DNA of 64,000 nucleotides, taken from positions 18,786,001 through 18,850,000 of the forward strand of contig NC_043004.1 in the NCBI RefSeq assembly GCF_006345805.1. Reading direction: 5' to 3'. The notes under the pieces were generated by a model. It saw only the letters and a list, made by a program, of their open reading frames with translations, did no database searches and was not told the DNA's origin. The position numbers were made by a program, and so were the translations under genes. Source of the DNA: Octopus sinensis (Eukaryota). How positions within the stretch are numbered: the first letter of the stretch is position 1; each line of letters opens with the position of its first letter. Of the stretch, positions 1 through 13,127 are shown piece after piece.

Positions 1-3000
1 TTAAACTTAAAAACAATAACTTTATCTTTGCCAGATATCAGGTGTTTCCTAGAGAGCGCCATTTTAACACTTGAAAGACGTGAAAATGATTGGGCTTTAA
101 TTGTTGGTTTAATTCATATCTTTCCCTCACTGGTCATGAATAATGCTGGGTTAGGGTTAGGGTTATCCTTAAACTGATAGAATTCATCTATCTATTAACA
201 CAATCATTCAACTCTACTTTCTTCAGGAAAAACCAGATACATATATATTTTACCATGTGTGCTGTTTTCTGGCACTGATTGAAAATGGAAGCGCAGCATT
301 GTATTCGTTCTCGAGTTTCGGCCGGATTCCCATTTTTGATTGTAAATGCCGATTCTGAACAGTTTAATGTTTGAAAGAAACCGAAGAAAGCACGAAAATC
401 ACACCCAATAGTTCTAATAAGTTACTCCAAGATTTCACGAAAAATCCTTTTTTTTTTTAAATTTCATTATTCACAAAGGTTACATATTTCGTTATGTGTG
501 CATGGGGAGTGATATTCATATTCTTGTGAAATTAGTGGAATAAGTGAAGTTGTATTCTTTCAGCCGGAAATGGAAATAGTTCCACAGTCTAGAATCTTAA
601 CTCCAGCTATATTCAGTGCTCGCCTTTAGTTAAGAAAACTTTATGATGTGTAGTGAATCATTACTACAGGGCCATGAATATTCTGTTATTTGATGTGTTA
701 TTTTCGGAGAGAAACGAAGCTTCAGTTATCTAAAAATGCTTTTTATACTTCATTTTTCCTTTTTACACTGGTCATATTTGCAGTAGCATATGATTCTAGC
801 AGAATCGGTGGAGTGGAAAAGTTTGCTATGTGACATTTAACTGAAAAAGTTTTGTTAAATAATGACAGAATCAATTTGATCTCTTATCTTCCCAGAGTCC
901 ATGAAATAATTACCAGTGATGTACAGCAGTAGATTAGAAGCATTGATTCTTACTCCCACAATTTATGATCTTGTACCTAAATCAAAATTTATCATACTGT
1001 TCAAATCTTAATTGGAGAATTCCTTGTCCTTCATCCTTTGTCTTGGAGCCAATGTAGTAAGAGCCATTCGTTTACTAGGATTCCTCTAAAATCATTTGAA
1101 GTATCTGCCTATTAGTGAGAAACGTTAACTTTGCATCTCCAATTAATAAAATTTTACTTGAGCAATACACAAGTCATACATTTATGGCAATGGCACATAT
1201 GTAACGATTCAGTGATTAAAAATTCTAAGTGCCAGGAAAACTTCAGCTTCTATTATTTGCTGTTCAATGTCAATTAAGTTTCACATTGCAATATTGACCA
1301 AAGGGTCATTGTTACTTCTACACGCATTCTTGTTTGCGTACAAGCTATCGTCATTTAGCAAATTGAAAATGACATATTCAGGCAATGAATTATAGCCAAG
1401 GACTTTCTTCTCTCTATCCTGTTGCAAATGCAAAAGTATTTTCTCATTTGAACTCTTAATTTGCATATTTTGTTACACTTGCCAGAGACATTTTCTCTCA
1501 TTCCGTTCACCTCCCATTCTTTAACACCATGCATTCAAACTTTCCTCCCCAAGGAATCCAATTGGCTGGTGATATTGTCTCAGTATGTAAAAAAAACTGC
1601 TCTAACTGAAATCAATCGAATAAGTAATTCCTTGAGACGGTCCACAAAGTTTATTGCTGCTTCCACCCCTTTAATTACGAAATTGAAGAGCATGTGAATA
1701 ATGTTCAGGGAATTTGATGTAGTTCTGTAGCGTGGAGTGTATTATTTAAATGTTTTTTTTGTATTGATATAGTGATTTAGATTGCAATGTTATTATACAA
1801 TCAAACCGTCTACTTGAAGCAAGATACAATATCTGATGTACGTGTAATATCCTGGTACAAAAAGATAGTTGATCAATATCAATGACCTGTTATCTACTTT
1901 TGGGGCATATTTTCTGAAAAATATGATTATTTGGCAGAAGAACGTAATAATTTACATTAATACTTAAGAGATACTTAATTTTTTTTTACATTGCCTTTAC
2001 CTTTTCTTCACCTATCAATGAAGGTACCTTTGTATGGCCGCAAGATCTGCAATCATCAGCATTCAAATCCTCCTCAAATCATACTGTATCATATTCGGAA
2101 AACATATTTCAGTAATGCAAGCATAAATGAAGAAGATAAATACATGAATTTATTGGTTTATCCAACCATCAACTACCTCGGGATATACAACATCGCAGGT
2201 ACTTTGATCGGAATATGTATGAAGTAAATAAATCTTAGCTCATTCTAAAGAGCTGCATTCTAAAGACGAAAGGATATATGATTTATGTTTATTCAAATAG
2301 TTTTTATCAGTAGCACACTGGATTGCTTATCTACAAGTCTGTCACTAGTGACCTATTAAAATGTTAACGACAACCTGTAATTCAGATGGCCCAGTCGGAT
2401 TAGACTGTAAATAGATAACACATGATAAATCCGCCAGCTGCAGGAAGTCGAAGGGGTAATTGAAAATTGATGTTTCAATGTTTTTGTTGTCGTTATTGTT
2501 TATCTCAGATGACTTATAAGTGAGCAAACCAATGATCAAACACGTTTTAGTTGTTTTTACCTGTGTATGTAATGCGTGCCTCTCTACACATGCATGTCCA
2601 TGTAGAGGCATACATACAAGGGCGAAAGCATTCATAGCCACATCCAGTGGAGGCAGACGGCTATGCGTGTATGTGTGTATGTACAAATATGCATATAAAT
2701 GTTTGTTGTGGTACCAGTATAGGTGGGGTCTCATGTAATGATTAACGCGCGAGCGGGTGCATGTGTGTCTATGTCTTTACGTGCGTGTATATATGTGCGT
2801 GTGTCTATATGTGCGTGTGCATGTATATGTCTGTATGTATGTACACGTAGATGTATACGCATCTATATATGCATAAATGTATATATATGGACAGGCTTGT
2901 GTATGTATGTGAGTAGGCATATATGCATGTATATGTGCATGTATATATATATATATATATATATAGACAAATGACAGGTAAAAAACGTATAACATATACT

Positions 3001-3649
3001 GAGTGTAAAAACCGACAGAAGACAGACACAGAAGGTCCCTAATTCTCCATCAGTCATCAACCAGATAGTATTACTCAGTTTCGCACCATTACTGATGAGA
3101 CTGAGAAGATTCCCATGCTGGCGGTGCCCGCAGTAGTTGTAGAGAATATATGGCCGAGAACAAACAATACCTGGATAACTAGCAATACGGAAGTGGACAT
3201 ACAAAAGCGAATCAATGTAATTAAGAAGATGAACGAATGACAAAGATGAAATAAATAAGAAACGAGTAAAATATAGTCTCAGAGCCAAAAAGACAAGAAT
3301 AGTGAGTAATGCATAGAAGGTATCCTAAAGGATTAGAAAACAGCAAATAGCAAGGCATGTGCCTGTAGGACACACAGAATTTAGGACCGGTCCGCTATGC
3401 CGCCGGTGTAAAAAACGGAGAGAAAGAAAGGCTGGCCACGGGTCACGTGTCAGCAGAAGACAGAGGAGAAAGAAGGCAAGCCAGAGGAAGAGAGAGACAG
3501 AGAGAGAAAACAAGGCAAGGGATGAAGGGGAAAAAGGAGAAGGGAGAAAAAACAGGAAAGTCTAGAGATAGCAGGTGTCGAGAGAGAAAGAAAAAAGGAG
3601 CAAGAGGAAATGCTAGAAATAGAGTCGTACGGATATATAAAAATTACTG

Positions 3650-3650
<1 letters not shown>

Positions 3651-3711
<61 letters not shown>
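3651..3711. repeat. (TA)n microsatellite, followed by a degenerate TA-rich tract to ~3975
   Basis: Pure TA run read directly; explains the I/Y-rich ORFs. Confidence 0.95.
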
Positions 3712-3715
<4 letters not shown>

Positions 3716-3927
3716 TATAAACATAATTGAAGGATACAATCATTAAGATTAATGAATTTTATTAGTGACTAGCATATGTATGCATATATATATATATGTA
3801 TACATATATATATGTATATATATGTGTATACATACGATATATGTATATATATATATGTATATATATATATGGAGATATACATATGTACATATATATTATA
3901 TATATATATATATATTATATATATATA

Positions 3928-3960
<33 letters not shown>

Positions 3961-4049
3961 AGTAGATATATATGTATAAATATATATCTCTCAATATATA
4001 TGTATCATCTATCTGGATGTTTTATTGTCCCTTTTTGTATCACCTAGTT

Positions 4050-4430
4050 CTCCGGATATATGTATGTACAAATATATATATGTACAAAGATATATATTTG
4101 TACATATATATATGTACAAATATATATATTTGTACATATATATATTATACAAATATATTTATATGTATATATATATATGTACAGATATATATATTTGTAC
4201 ATATATATTTGTACAAATATATATATATGTACAAAGATATATATTTGTACATATATATATTATACAAATATATTTATATGTATATATATATATGTACAGA
4301 TATATATATTTGTACAAATATATATATATGTACAAAGATATATATTTGTACATATATATATGTATACAAATATATTTATACAAATATATTTATATGTATA
4401 TATATATTTGTTTATATACATATATAAACA
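4050..4430. repeat. AT-rich higher-order minisatellite built from TGTACA/TATACA-centred units
   Basis: Recurrent blocks such as tatatgtacaaagatatatatttgtacatatat and tatacaaatatatttatatgtat. Confidence 0.85.
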
Positions 4431-4439
4431 AATATATAT

Positions 4440-6545
4440 GTCTCTCTACATCTGATATCGGAATGATATTGAAAACTTTCACGTTCATAATGCAAGCCAT
4501 ATGCTACAATTTTGTCCCAGAGAGAAAAGCAACTCCACGTAAAAATCAAGAGTGCTAGGGAAACAAAAGTTCCTATGATTGCAAACCGCCTCAACAGAGA
4601 ACTCTATTGCAGATACACCCACCGACAGACACACACAGAGTAAATTGCAGTGAAAAATCCCGCCTGAAAACAGCAGTGCTGCAAATTGCGAAACATCTGA
4701 AATGCTCCTATGAAAAAAAAAAGACCTGACAAAGAAACCTGGGCCATAAGAACTATAAAATCAAACCCTATAGTCTTCTTTAAGTATGCCAAAGTAACTG
4801 TCTCAGTGCGTTGCAAAGTAGGGCCACTCCTCCAAAAAGATGGCTTCGTCACGGGAAACCCAATGAGGATTAGTGAAACACTGAATGGATAATTCAAAGG
4901 TGTCTTTACCCCACCTTTACGGCACACGCAAGTTAGCAAACCTGTAGAATTTTGTATCACTACAGAAGCAGAAACTGAGACAAAAACAATTGATTACATT
5001 ATCAAAGAAGAGGATGTAATAGATGATGTAGACGCAAATTCAGCTGTTGTCCTTGATGCATTCCAAGCAATCCTTCTGAAGTCTTGCAAACGCGTTCTTG
5101 CAAAACCACGGCAGCTTCTTTTTCAGAGCTTCTTTGCAAATAGTTAGCTTCCAGACAAACTGAAGGAGGAAATAATGTGCCCTGTCCATAAAGAAGGAGG
5201 CAGAGCAAATGCTATATTTGACCTCACATCAGCAAAATCATGGAACGAAATAGTCTCTAGGAAATTAATTGCATTCCTTGAAGAGAGTGACTTGCGGACT
5301 GATACCCAACACGGTATTTGACAAGGTAGAATCTGACACAACTCTTACAACATTACGACTGGGTGCTAAAGCAGCTGCACAACAACTCAAATCTGGACGT
5401 AATATATCTCGACTTTGCAAAAGACTTTGACAAAGTCGACCAGTGCATGAAATGTCATAAGGTGCGTAATCTTGGCATAGTTGAAAAACTTTTAGAACGG
5501 CCACGTGACTTTCTGAAAGTTAGAAGACAGGTAGTGGTGGCCAATAGGGCCAATTCCGAGGAAATACAAATAATGATTGGCATTCCACAGAGTACTAGCA
5601 TGGGGAAGCTACTATTTATAGTGTCTCTCTCAGACATGCCCTCAGCTGCTCAGGTAGTCATCTTTGCTAGCTATGCAGAAGATACAAAATACTATCAGAG
5701 GATAGAGGGCCATGGAGACCTTGGATGCAATATACAAGCAGTCTGAGGAAAATAGCATACAGTTTAATGCTAGAAAATTCCGAGCCCTGCGATACCAACA
5801 CACAAAACTCAATGATAAACAAACAGAATACACTGTTTGGTGACCAAAGAAGCTGAGGACGGAAGATTCCTGTTTTCTGTTTTTGTTTAAGTTTGAAAAA
5901 TCCATCCGGCCTTCCGGGTGTATATTATTAAGTTGGCAGTAAAATGTTAACGGTTGGCCGGATGGATTCTTCGAACTTAGAAAACGAGAGAACAGGAATC
6001 TTTCGTCCTCAGCCGTCTGTGGTCACCAAGCAGTGTAAAATTTATGACGGAAACCGAGGCAATTCAGCGAAGCTGCACAAAGAAGATCGACACAATGCGA
6101 CATGTCAGGCTGCTAGGAGGGAATGAAAAAGTTAAAATTCAACTTTCTAGAACGAAGGCGGAAAAGATAGGCAGTAATATATATCTGGAAAATCCTAGAA
6201 GGACTTGTAGCAAACTTTGGCATAGCCAGCTACACTAACAACAGAACGGGGCACCACTGCATTGTACCAAAACCCCAATATTGCCATCAGGACCAGATAC
6301 TGCAAGAGCTTGGGTTTCAAGTGCCCTCATCTCTTCAATATCCTTCCACAAAGCCTGAGAGACATATGTTGGGTAGATGTAGGCGTCTTCAAAACAAGGC
6401 TGGATCTCCTGTCAAGAGTTCAGGGTGAACTTACCTCAAGTCAAGAAACACAGATGAATGCATCAAACACCCTCATTTACCAAATGCCGTAGCAAAGCAA
6501 AGGGCGGTACCCCAGCATAGCAGTATCTCTCGGGCTGAAACTAGA
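4440..6545 (+). mobile_element. Degenerate CR1-clade LINE (RT and 3' end), 5'-truncated, interrupted by a MITE
   Basis: Fragments AIRTIKSNPIVFFKYAK, CPVHKEG, DVIYLDFAKDFDKVD, GIPQSTSMGKLLFIV, YAEDTK (YADD variant), EAIQRSCTKKI, LFNILPQSLR..VFKTRLD; many stops and frameshifts. Confidence 0.85.
5831..6035. mobile_element. MITE (205 bp) with long imperfect TIRs and TA flanks
   Basis: TA|CACTGTTTGGTGACC...AAGATTCCTG...ATCCATCCGGCC mirrors GGCCGGATGGAT...CAGGAATCTT...GGTCACCAAGCAGTG|TA. Confidence 0.8.
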
Positions 6546-6556
6546 TATAGAAAAGA

Positions 6557-6579
<23 letters not shown>

Positions 6580-6642
<63 letters not shown>
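6580..6642. repeat. (TG)n microsatellite
   Basis: Direct read. Confidence 0.95.
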
Positions 6643-6643
<1 letters not shown>

Positions 6644-7485
6644 CGTTTATATGTGTGTGTGTATGTGTATGCGTGTGCTTATGTATGTATACATATATAA
6701 AGGCATATATATTCTATATTCATGCATATACACACATATATATATTCATATGTAAGAGTTTAAGCTATAAAATATGTCAGGCGATATGAAAGATTTATAT
6801 ACTCGTCATGGATTAATTTTATCGAATTTCCTGGATTTTTGCAGCATGGAACTCCGTTTTATACTCCTCTGTATTAAGTTATTATGAGGTTTGTTTGCCA
6901 AGTCCGTTAGAGGTGCTTCTGTGATAGCCACATGATTCTATGAATCCATATAGTACACTATAAATATATGAGTTTATGTATACATAATATATGTTTATGA
7001 AAATATGTGTATCAGCCGGTATATGTATAAAAATATGTACACATAAAAATCAAACTAGCGTAGAACGCTAGGTGTCTACTTATAGCTACGGTTATGAAGT
7101 TATCCGATTTCCGATCGGTAATCAACGCATATGTCAGCGTTATTTAACAGCCGAGTGGGTATAATTTCATGTAAAAATCAGTAATGTAAACCGACATATC
7201 TCATGAAACCAATTAACTGTTCAAGGGGAACAACTCTAAAACACTTCATTATGATATTATGGTAAAAATTTATATATGCATGAGCGTATGCACTCACGAT
7301 TGATAATTTAAACGTTTAGAATAAAGCTGCTAGATAATTAAAAAAGAAAAAATGTCATAAATAAAAATTTACAAAATTTTAAGCATTAAAAATTAAAAAT
7401 TTAATAATTTGGATCTTAAACAATTTAAGTTAAAATTGAATTTAGATATGAAATATATATATATATATATATATAATATATATTA

Positions 7486-7858
7486 CCAATTAGGACTGCA
7501 CACGAAAAGTGGACAGTCAACATGCTAGATATAGACGTCCAATCGCCATTCTCCACAAAAAAGTTATTGTTTCAGATCAAACTCAACAAAACCATCATCA
7601 GCATGTCCCATATAAAATGTAAATTACATTTTATATGGGACCATGCTGATGATGCTGCACTTTTCCTTGCGGAAAATAACAGCTGAAACTAAATTTAGTA
7701 CATGGGTAAATATTTATTTCGTATATTTTTCACTTGTTTATGGCTTTGGTTTTGTTGAGTTTGATCTGAGAACATAAACTTTTTTTGTGGAGAATGGCGA
7801 TTTGACGTCTATATCTAGCATGATGACTGTCCACTTTCCGTGTGCAGTCCTTAATTGG
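7486..7858. mobile_element. MITE with ~110-bp TIRs and an internal 62-bp palindrome
   Basis: CCAATTAGGACTGCACACGAAAAGTGGACAG...AAACTCAACAAAACCA is the reverse complement of TGGTTTTGTTGAGTTT...CTGTCCACTTTCCGTGTGCAGTCCTTAATTGG; palindrome at 7593-7654. Confidence 0.75.
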
Positions 7859-7947
7859 ATATATAAATTTTTAATCTTCGGATTCTTTTTTCATATGCCT
7901 AGAACCACTGGTTCTAATGATAAATATCAATTTTTACCCTAAATTTA

Positions 7948-8027
<80 letters not shown>

Positions 8028-8291
8028 CACCAAGTAAGTTAGGGGTTGTGGATCCAACCCACTAAGGATAATACTTATCCAATATACTGTTGGTATAATA
8101 CCCAATTATTAATACACAAGCGTTTACATATAGGTGTTGTGTTTTTAGAGTCAAGTTTTGTTGCTATTCAACTTGGTGGTATCTCTTAGATACCCTAAAT
8201 TATAATTTTTAATAATATTATTACCTTTAAAGGTTTTTATTCACATGCTGGCCACTCGATAAATAAATCGATATTTAATTAACGATCTTAT

Positions 8292-8349
<58 letters not shown>

Positions 8350-8934
8350 TGTCGTGTGTGGGGAGAGTATTCTCTTTTAGTGCCTTACTATTTAACACAC
8401 CCACCGGTAGAATTTCCACTTGCTTTTTTCTTATTTTTATTTTCTAAAATTTTCGTTGCGTCTTGCAACCTTTTCAATAGTTTTTACTCTGTCTGTTATT
8501 TACGCTGCGTTCCCTTTTGTTTGTGCGCATGTGTGTGGGTCAGTGTGTGTGTGTGCCTATACATGCATGCATGTACATATGTATGTGTGTGTGTGGTTGT
8601 ATGTGTATGTATGTATATGTGTGTGTGTATGCATATGTATGTATGTATGTGTGTGCATCTGTATGTACGTACGTATCCTGCATATTTATGTGCTTGCCTG
8701 TCCGTGTTTGTATATTTGTATATATGTGAGCATGTGTTTGTATATATATATGCACCTCTGTCTCCTTGTGTGTGCATATCTGTGTGTGTGTGTGTTATGT
8801 AACTATGTGCCATGTTTGTATGTATGGATGTGCATCTTTATATGTGTGGATCCGTGTCTCCATATGTGTCTCTTCATATAGTCTATATACCTATCCGTCT
8901 GTATATTGATCTGTTTATTTATATATCTAAATGC

Positions 8935-8935
<1 letters not shown>

Positions 8936-8965
<30 letters not shown>

Positions 8966-9001
8966 CATACATACATACATACATACATACATACATACAT
9001 T
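8936..9001. repeat. (ACAT)n microsatellite
   Basis: Direct read. Confidence 0.95.
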
Positions 9002-9039
9002 TATCTACCTAACAGTCCACTAACTATTCTACTCTACCT

Positions 9040-10280
9040 GTGTAAACTGTGGGTATGGAGGTATGGTGTTTATCGTGTATATTTCCTATTTAATATTGGG
9101 GAGGTTTCATTTATAAGGACGTACTCCCGTATTTGTCTGAGTGCTGGGTCTTTTGGGTGCTGGGATAAGATGCGGATGTCGAGTTGACCCAAGTTACCTC
9201 CATGGTGGTCTTTGGCATGTTGGTAGAGTATGGAGGACTGTTTTCTGTCGTCATATTGTCTTAGATGTTCATTTATCCGTTCCGCAATGCTCCTAGACGT
9301 CTCCCCTATGTACATCATGTTCATGTCCTTACAATCACCTTCTATGCATCTTATGCTGTAAACTACATTTCGAGTTCTACAGTTAATACCAGGGCTAATT
9401 CTACATACCATGCAGTTATCATTGGTGCATATGGTATTCTTAAACAGGTACGTCCTACATAGTTGTGATCTGACGGAGTTCCCTGGCTTTTCAACAATTT
9501 TAATGTTGAGTTTGGTCTCCTTCAGAGCTTTTCTAAATCTACGGGCTAGTTCTCCATGGGCTGTGACCTCTACAAACATCACTCCTTGATATTTGTTGGT
9601 TTTATACCACGTGTTCACCCTGTTTGCTTTGTCACAAGTTCTTTGTATTCTATTCTATTCTTTGTTTCTATATCTAGGACAGGTACCACTGGTATCACTA
9701 TATATAATGTTATCTAATTTCTTTCTAGCCCCCCCCCTGTATACACGAACCCTATCTTTCTGATCATATCCAGAGAACTGCATGCGGTGTAAGAAGTTCT
9801 GTATATGTTTCTTCATTTCATAGGGTTCGCATAGTGGGGACACATTGTTCATTATTCTAACTAGGTCTGCTATTAGTATGTTAATTTTCATGTTGTGTGA
9901 CAAAGCTGAGTTCTTGTGATCAACATATTTTGAAGTCACAGGTTTCATGTAATAAGAGTGGTGGAGCTGCACACTGTTGTTCACAGTCTCTAACCAAAGT
10001 TCAGTATCAAGTACAGGGAGTCTATTGTTAGGGTTCTCAGTGGGGTAATCTATAGTTACCTTGATACTTTGGTGAATGGAGTTAGCTATTTACTGGATGC
10101 TCTCCATTACATTCTTCTCAGTCTCTAGATTACCGTCACTAGAGTTGGTTCTATTATATTAATGTCATCTACATATCTACTGTAGAGTGAGTTGTGGACT
10201 GTTCTGCTAACATTTGTTAAAATTTTCTGTCCTATCATGTCATGAAGAGGTCAGCCACATCTCCAGCTATACCTACACCA
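9040..10280 (-). mobile_element. 5'-truncated Penelope-like retroelement: RT C-half, thumb and C-terminal GIY-YIG endonuclease
   Basis: RYVDDIN, VTIDYPTENPNNRLPVLDTELW, YMKPV, RMQFSGY; ORF 9070-9618 has CTNDNCMVC, NVVYSIRC..C..YIGETSRSIAERINEH and QHAKDHH; TAG at 9655 is probably a former Trp codon. Confidence 0.9.
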
Positions 10281-10299
10281 ATATATATATATATATATA

Positions 10300-10453
10300 T
10301 ATAGGAATAAAAAATGGAGTCAACGCAGGTTTAAACAAGTATTTTTTCTTTCTACATATGTTTCAAAAATTCCACTGATACTTGTGAGATTTGCTGCCCT
10401 GGTAACTATTCATTCATTTATCCGTGTAATTGTTAACAAGGTAAAATACACTC

Positions 10454-10460
<7 letters not shown>
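10300..10460. mobile_element. PLE pseudo-LTR-like fragment related to 12665-12960, bounded by (TA)n
   Basis: AAAAAATGGAGTCAACGCAGGT...CATATGTTTC is shared with 12817-12885; 10380-10460 is the inverted counterpart of 12665-12755; holds only the GAAAC-ATAT-GTA half of a hammerhead. Confidence 0.5.
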
Positions 10461-10513
<53 letters not shown>

Positions 10514-11105
10514 CATTGATTAGAGAACAAACATCAAGTTCGGGCAAACGACTTATGTAATCCTACGCTTCTATACATTTCATCATATACAAATAATACC
10601 ATGGCCTTCAAAAGAAATACATATATAAGCTCAGAAGATAAAATGTATATATGCACATATTAAAATACAAAATATACAGAAGGGCCTGTCAGGAAAAAGC
10701 ATATACAAATCGACTAAAAAGGTAATCAAAATGAATTACTATAACATATCAATCGACTATAATTTTTTTTTATCCCACCATTAAAAATATCTCAAAATAG
10801 TTCGTTTTAAAAAATGAAGCAATCCATGGTAGGTTTGGTAACTAAGGAGCGTAAGAGAGTTCCAAAGTAAGGTAGGTCAAGCTCTCTTACGCTTTCTCCG
10901 GCAGAAGGTATTGGTGAACTTCTGCTGACTTTTTCACCATAACTTTCTACTACTCTTTCCTCTTGCATCTAGCAGCTCAGCTGCGACGGATCGACGTCCT
11001 GTCCAGGAGGGGAAACTGCATGCTTATGAACCCGGGAAACCTACCCTTGTGAGCCAGGTGAGGGTCCAGAAGGAACAAACAATAACAATCCAAAGAGAGA
11101 GAGAG

Positions 11106-11147
<42 letters not shown>

Positions 11148-11358
11148 GGAAAAGTTTAGGCCACTGGTGATCTAAACTAATAGGTATGCAGTCTGAGTGC
11201 TCACATTGAATATGCTGCTAGGATCCAAGCTCAAAACGGTGGCAGGAGTTGTGGTAGCCAACGTCCAGCAAGGAGAGAACCGGGGATCCGTAACCTACTT
11301 CCGTGCGTGTCAGTGGGTATAATGGTCCTACCTTGATTTTGTTTTCCATATACACACA

Positions 11359-11460
<102 letters not shown>

Positions 11461-11795
11461 GGGTTCATTGTTCCGAAAACGATGAAAATTTTTTGAAAAG
11501 GTCATAACGGGCGATGAATCGTGGGTCTATGGTTATGACCCCGAAACAAAGGCTCAGTCTTCGCAGTGGAAGACCCCAACCTTTCCGAAATCGAAGAAAA
11601 AACGAACGAATCAAAGTAATGTGAAGTTACTGTTGACCGTTTTTTTCGACTACAAGGGGATTGTTCATCATGAGTATGCTCCACGTAGTCAGACAGTAAA
11701 CAGGGAGTACTACCATGACGTTTTGCCAAGTTTGCGGGATGCTATTAATCGGAAAAGGCCACAATTGCATGCGCCCGGTGAGTGGCAATTCTTCC
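11461..11795 (+). mobile_element. Mariner transposase fragment (catalytic domain N-part)
   Basis: FLKRVITGDESWVYGYDPETKAQSSQW, then LLTVFFDYKGIVHHEY..QTVNREYY..L..AINRKRP. Confidence 0.88.
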
Positions 11796-12560
11796 AAGTA
11801 AGTTTTATTTCAATAATTATGACGCGCATTCTTAACCCTTTACTTGACCTTTCCTCTCTGCCTGTCTGTCTTCCTCTCTACCTTTCTCTCTCATTCTTAT
11901 TTTCCCCCCTTTCTGGTTTCTTCTCCTCTATCTGTCACTCCTCCTCCTCTCTCTCGTCGCTGACCTGAGAGTTACTAACATTCTTTCTGCCTACTGCCTA
12001 CTGCCTTCAACAAGTCAACATCGGCATGTTCTGTCTTCGCAAGCCGGTCTTCAGAATGCGTTCTAATGAATTTTTCCACCGTCTAAGCTTAAAAAAGCCC
12101 TTATTGTTGGCTTCCTTGTCCTGTCTTTTACTGTTTTTATCTTTATTTGTACTGTTTTTTTCTTTATTTGTATTGCTTTACGTCCTGTTCTTGTCACTTT
12201 TTTTTACCCCTCCGCAAAAAAATTCTATTTAATTCATTTTGCCGGAAGAACTGTTTCAAGTAGTCGTGTTCTGCCCTTACCTTCGAAACACGCAATGAGT
12301 CGAAACAGGGGCAGCTGAAGAAGGAGAATGTTCTCTCTGTCTTGTACGGTGTTTTTTCGTTGTTAAAAAAAGTCCGTTTCCTTGTTTTGTTTTTATGTTT
12401 TCGCTTCTCGTTGTGTTCTACGTTTATTTGTGGTGTCCTGTACTCATATATGCATGTATATATACATATAGATGTAGGTATGTACATATATCTATGTATG
12501 CATATGTTTTATTTATTAAATTGTTATTATGTGATCGAACGCACACGTCGTTGTCTTCTT

Positions 12561-12593
<33 letters not shown>

Positions 12594-12636
12594 CAATAAG
12601 GGTTTAGCAACGAGTTGCCTTACCACATACCACATA

Positions 12637-12674
<38 letters not shown>

Positions 12675-12859
12675 GAGTGTATTTTTATCTTGTTAACAGT
12701 TAACACGGAAAAAAATAATAAATAGTTACCAGGGCAGCAAAAATCTCACAGGTAAAGGTGTTGTGTCTCCTTGTTTATAAAGGTAGAAACTTCGTATTTA
12801 CGTTGAATATTTTGAATAATATGAATAAAAAATGGAGTTAACGCAGGTGTAATCAAATA

Positions 12860-12955
12860 TTTTTACTTTCGACACATGTTTCGAAAATTCCACTGATACT
12901 ATTCAAAAGAATAAATGGTATAAACAATGCAATCTTCTCCTCAGGAAAGTGAAAA
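12860..12955 (-). ncRNA. Type I hammerhead ribozyme with long stem II, in a pLTR-like repeat
   Basis: Minus strand: CUUUC-CUGAGGA-GAAGAUU...AAUUUUC-GAAAC-AUGU-GUC-GAAAG; stem I CUUUC/GAAAG is perfect; predicted cleavage between 12871 and 12870. Confidence 0.75.
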
Positions 12956-13127
12956 AAACGAAACTCGTCAATAAGACATTTTAGTAAAAAATGATGGATT
13001 TGTATAGCGATAGACAGAACGCTATTAATATTGTTTAAAAAAACGTTATATGATATAACGTCATAAGTAGCTAACAGAAAGAGTAGGGATATTAATAGTG
13101 AATGTTAAATATAAAGTATGCATGTAT

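Noticed and set aside
148-165. GGGTTA x3 telomere-like repeat
   Set aside because: Only 18 bp and interstitial; no evidence of a chromosome end or fusion.
3070-3105. CTGATGAG next to a hairpin as a hammerhead
   Set aside because: The GAAAC half is on the opposite strand, so no valid core can be built.
2520-4558. Numerous I/Y/C/V/H/T-rich ORFs here and at other microsatellites
   Set aside because: Translations of dinucleotide and tetranucleotide repeats, which lack stops in some frames; not proteins.
9070-9984. Selenocysteine-type recoding or Naiad assignment for the PLE fragment
   Set aside because: The internal stop is TAG, probably at a Trp position, not TGA at Cys. The endonuclease is C-terminal, whereas Naiads have it N-terminal.
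10848-10893. 12-bp stem hairpin AGCGTAAGAGAG/CTCTCTTACGCT
   Set aside because: Lies in degraded repeat-like sequence with no recognisable RNA motif; too little to interpret.
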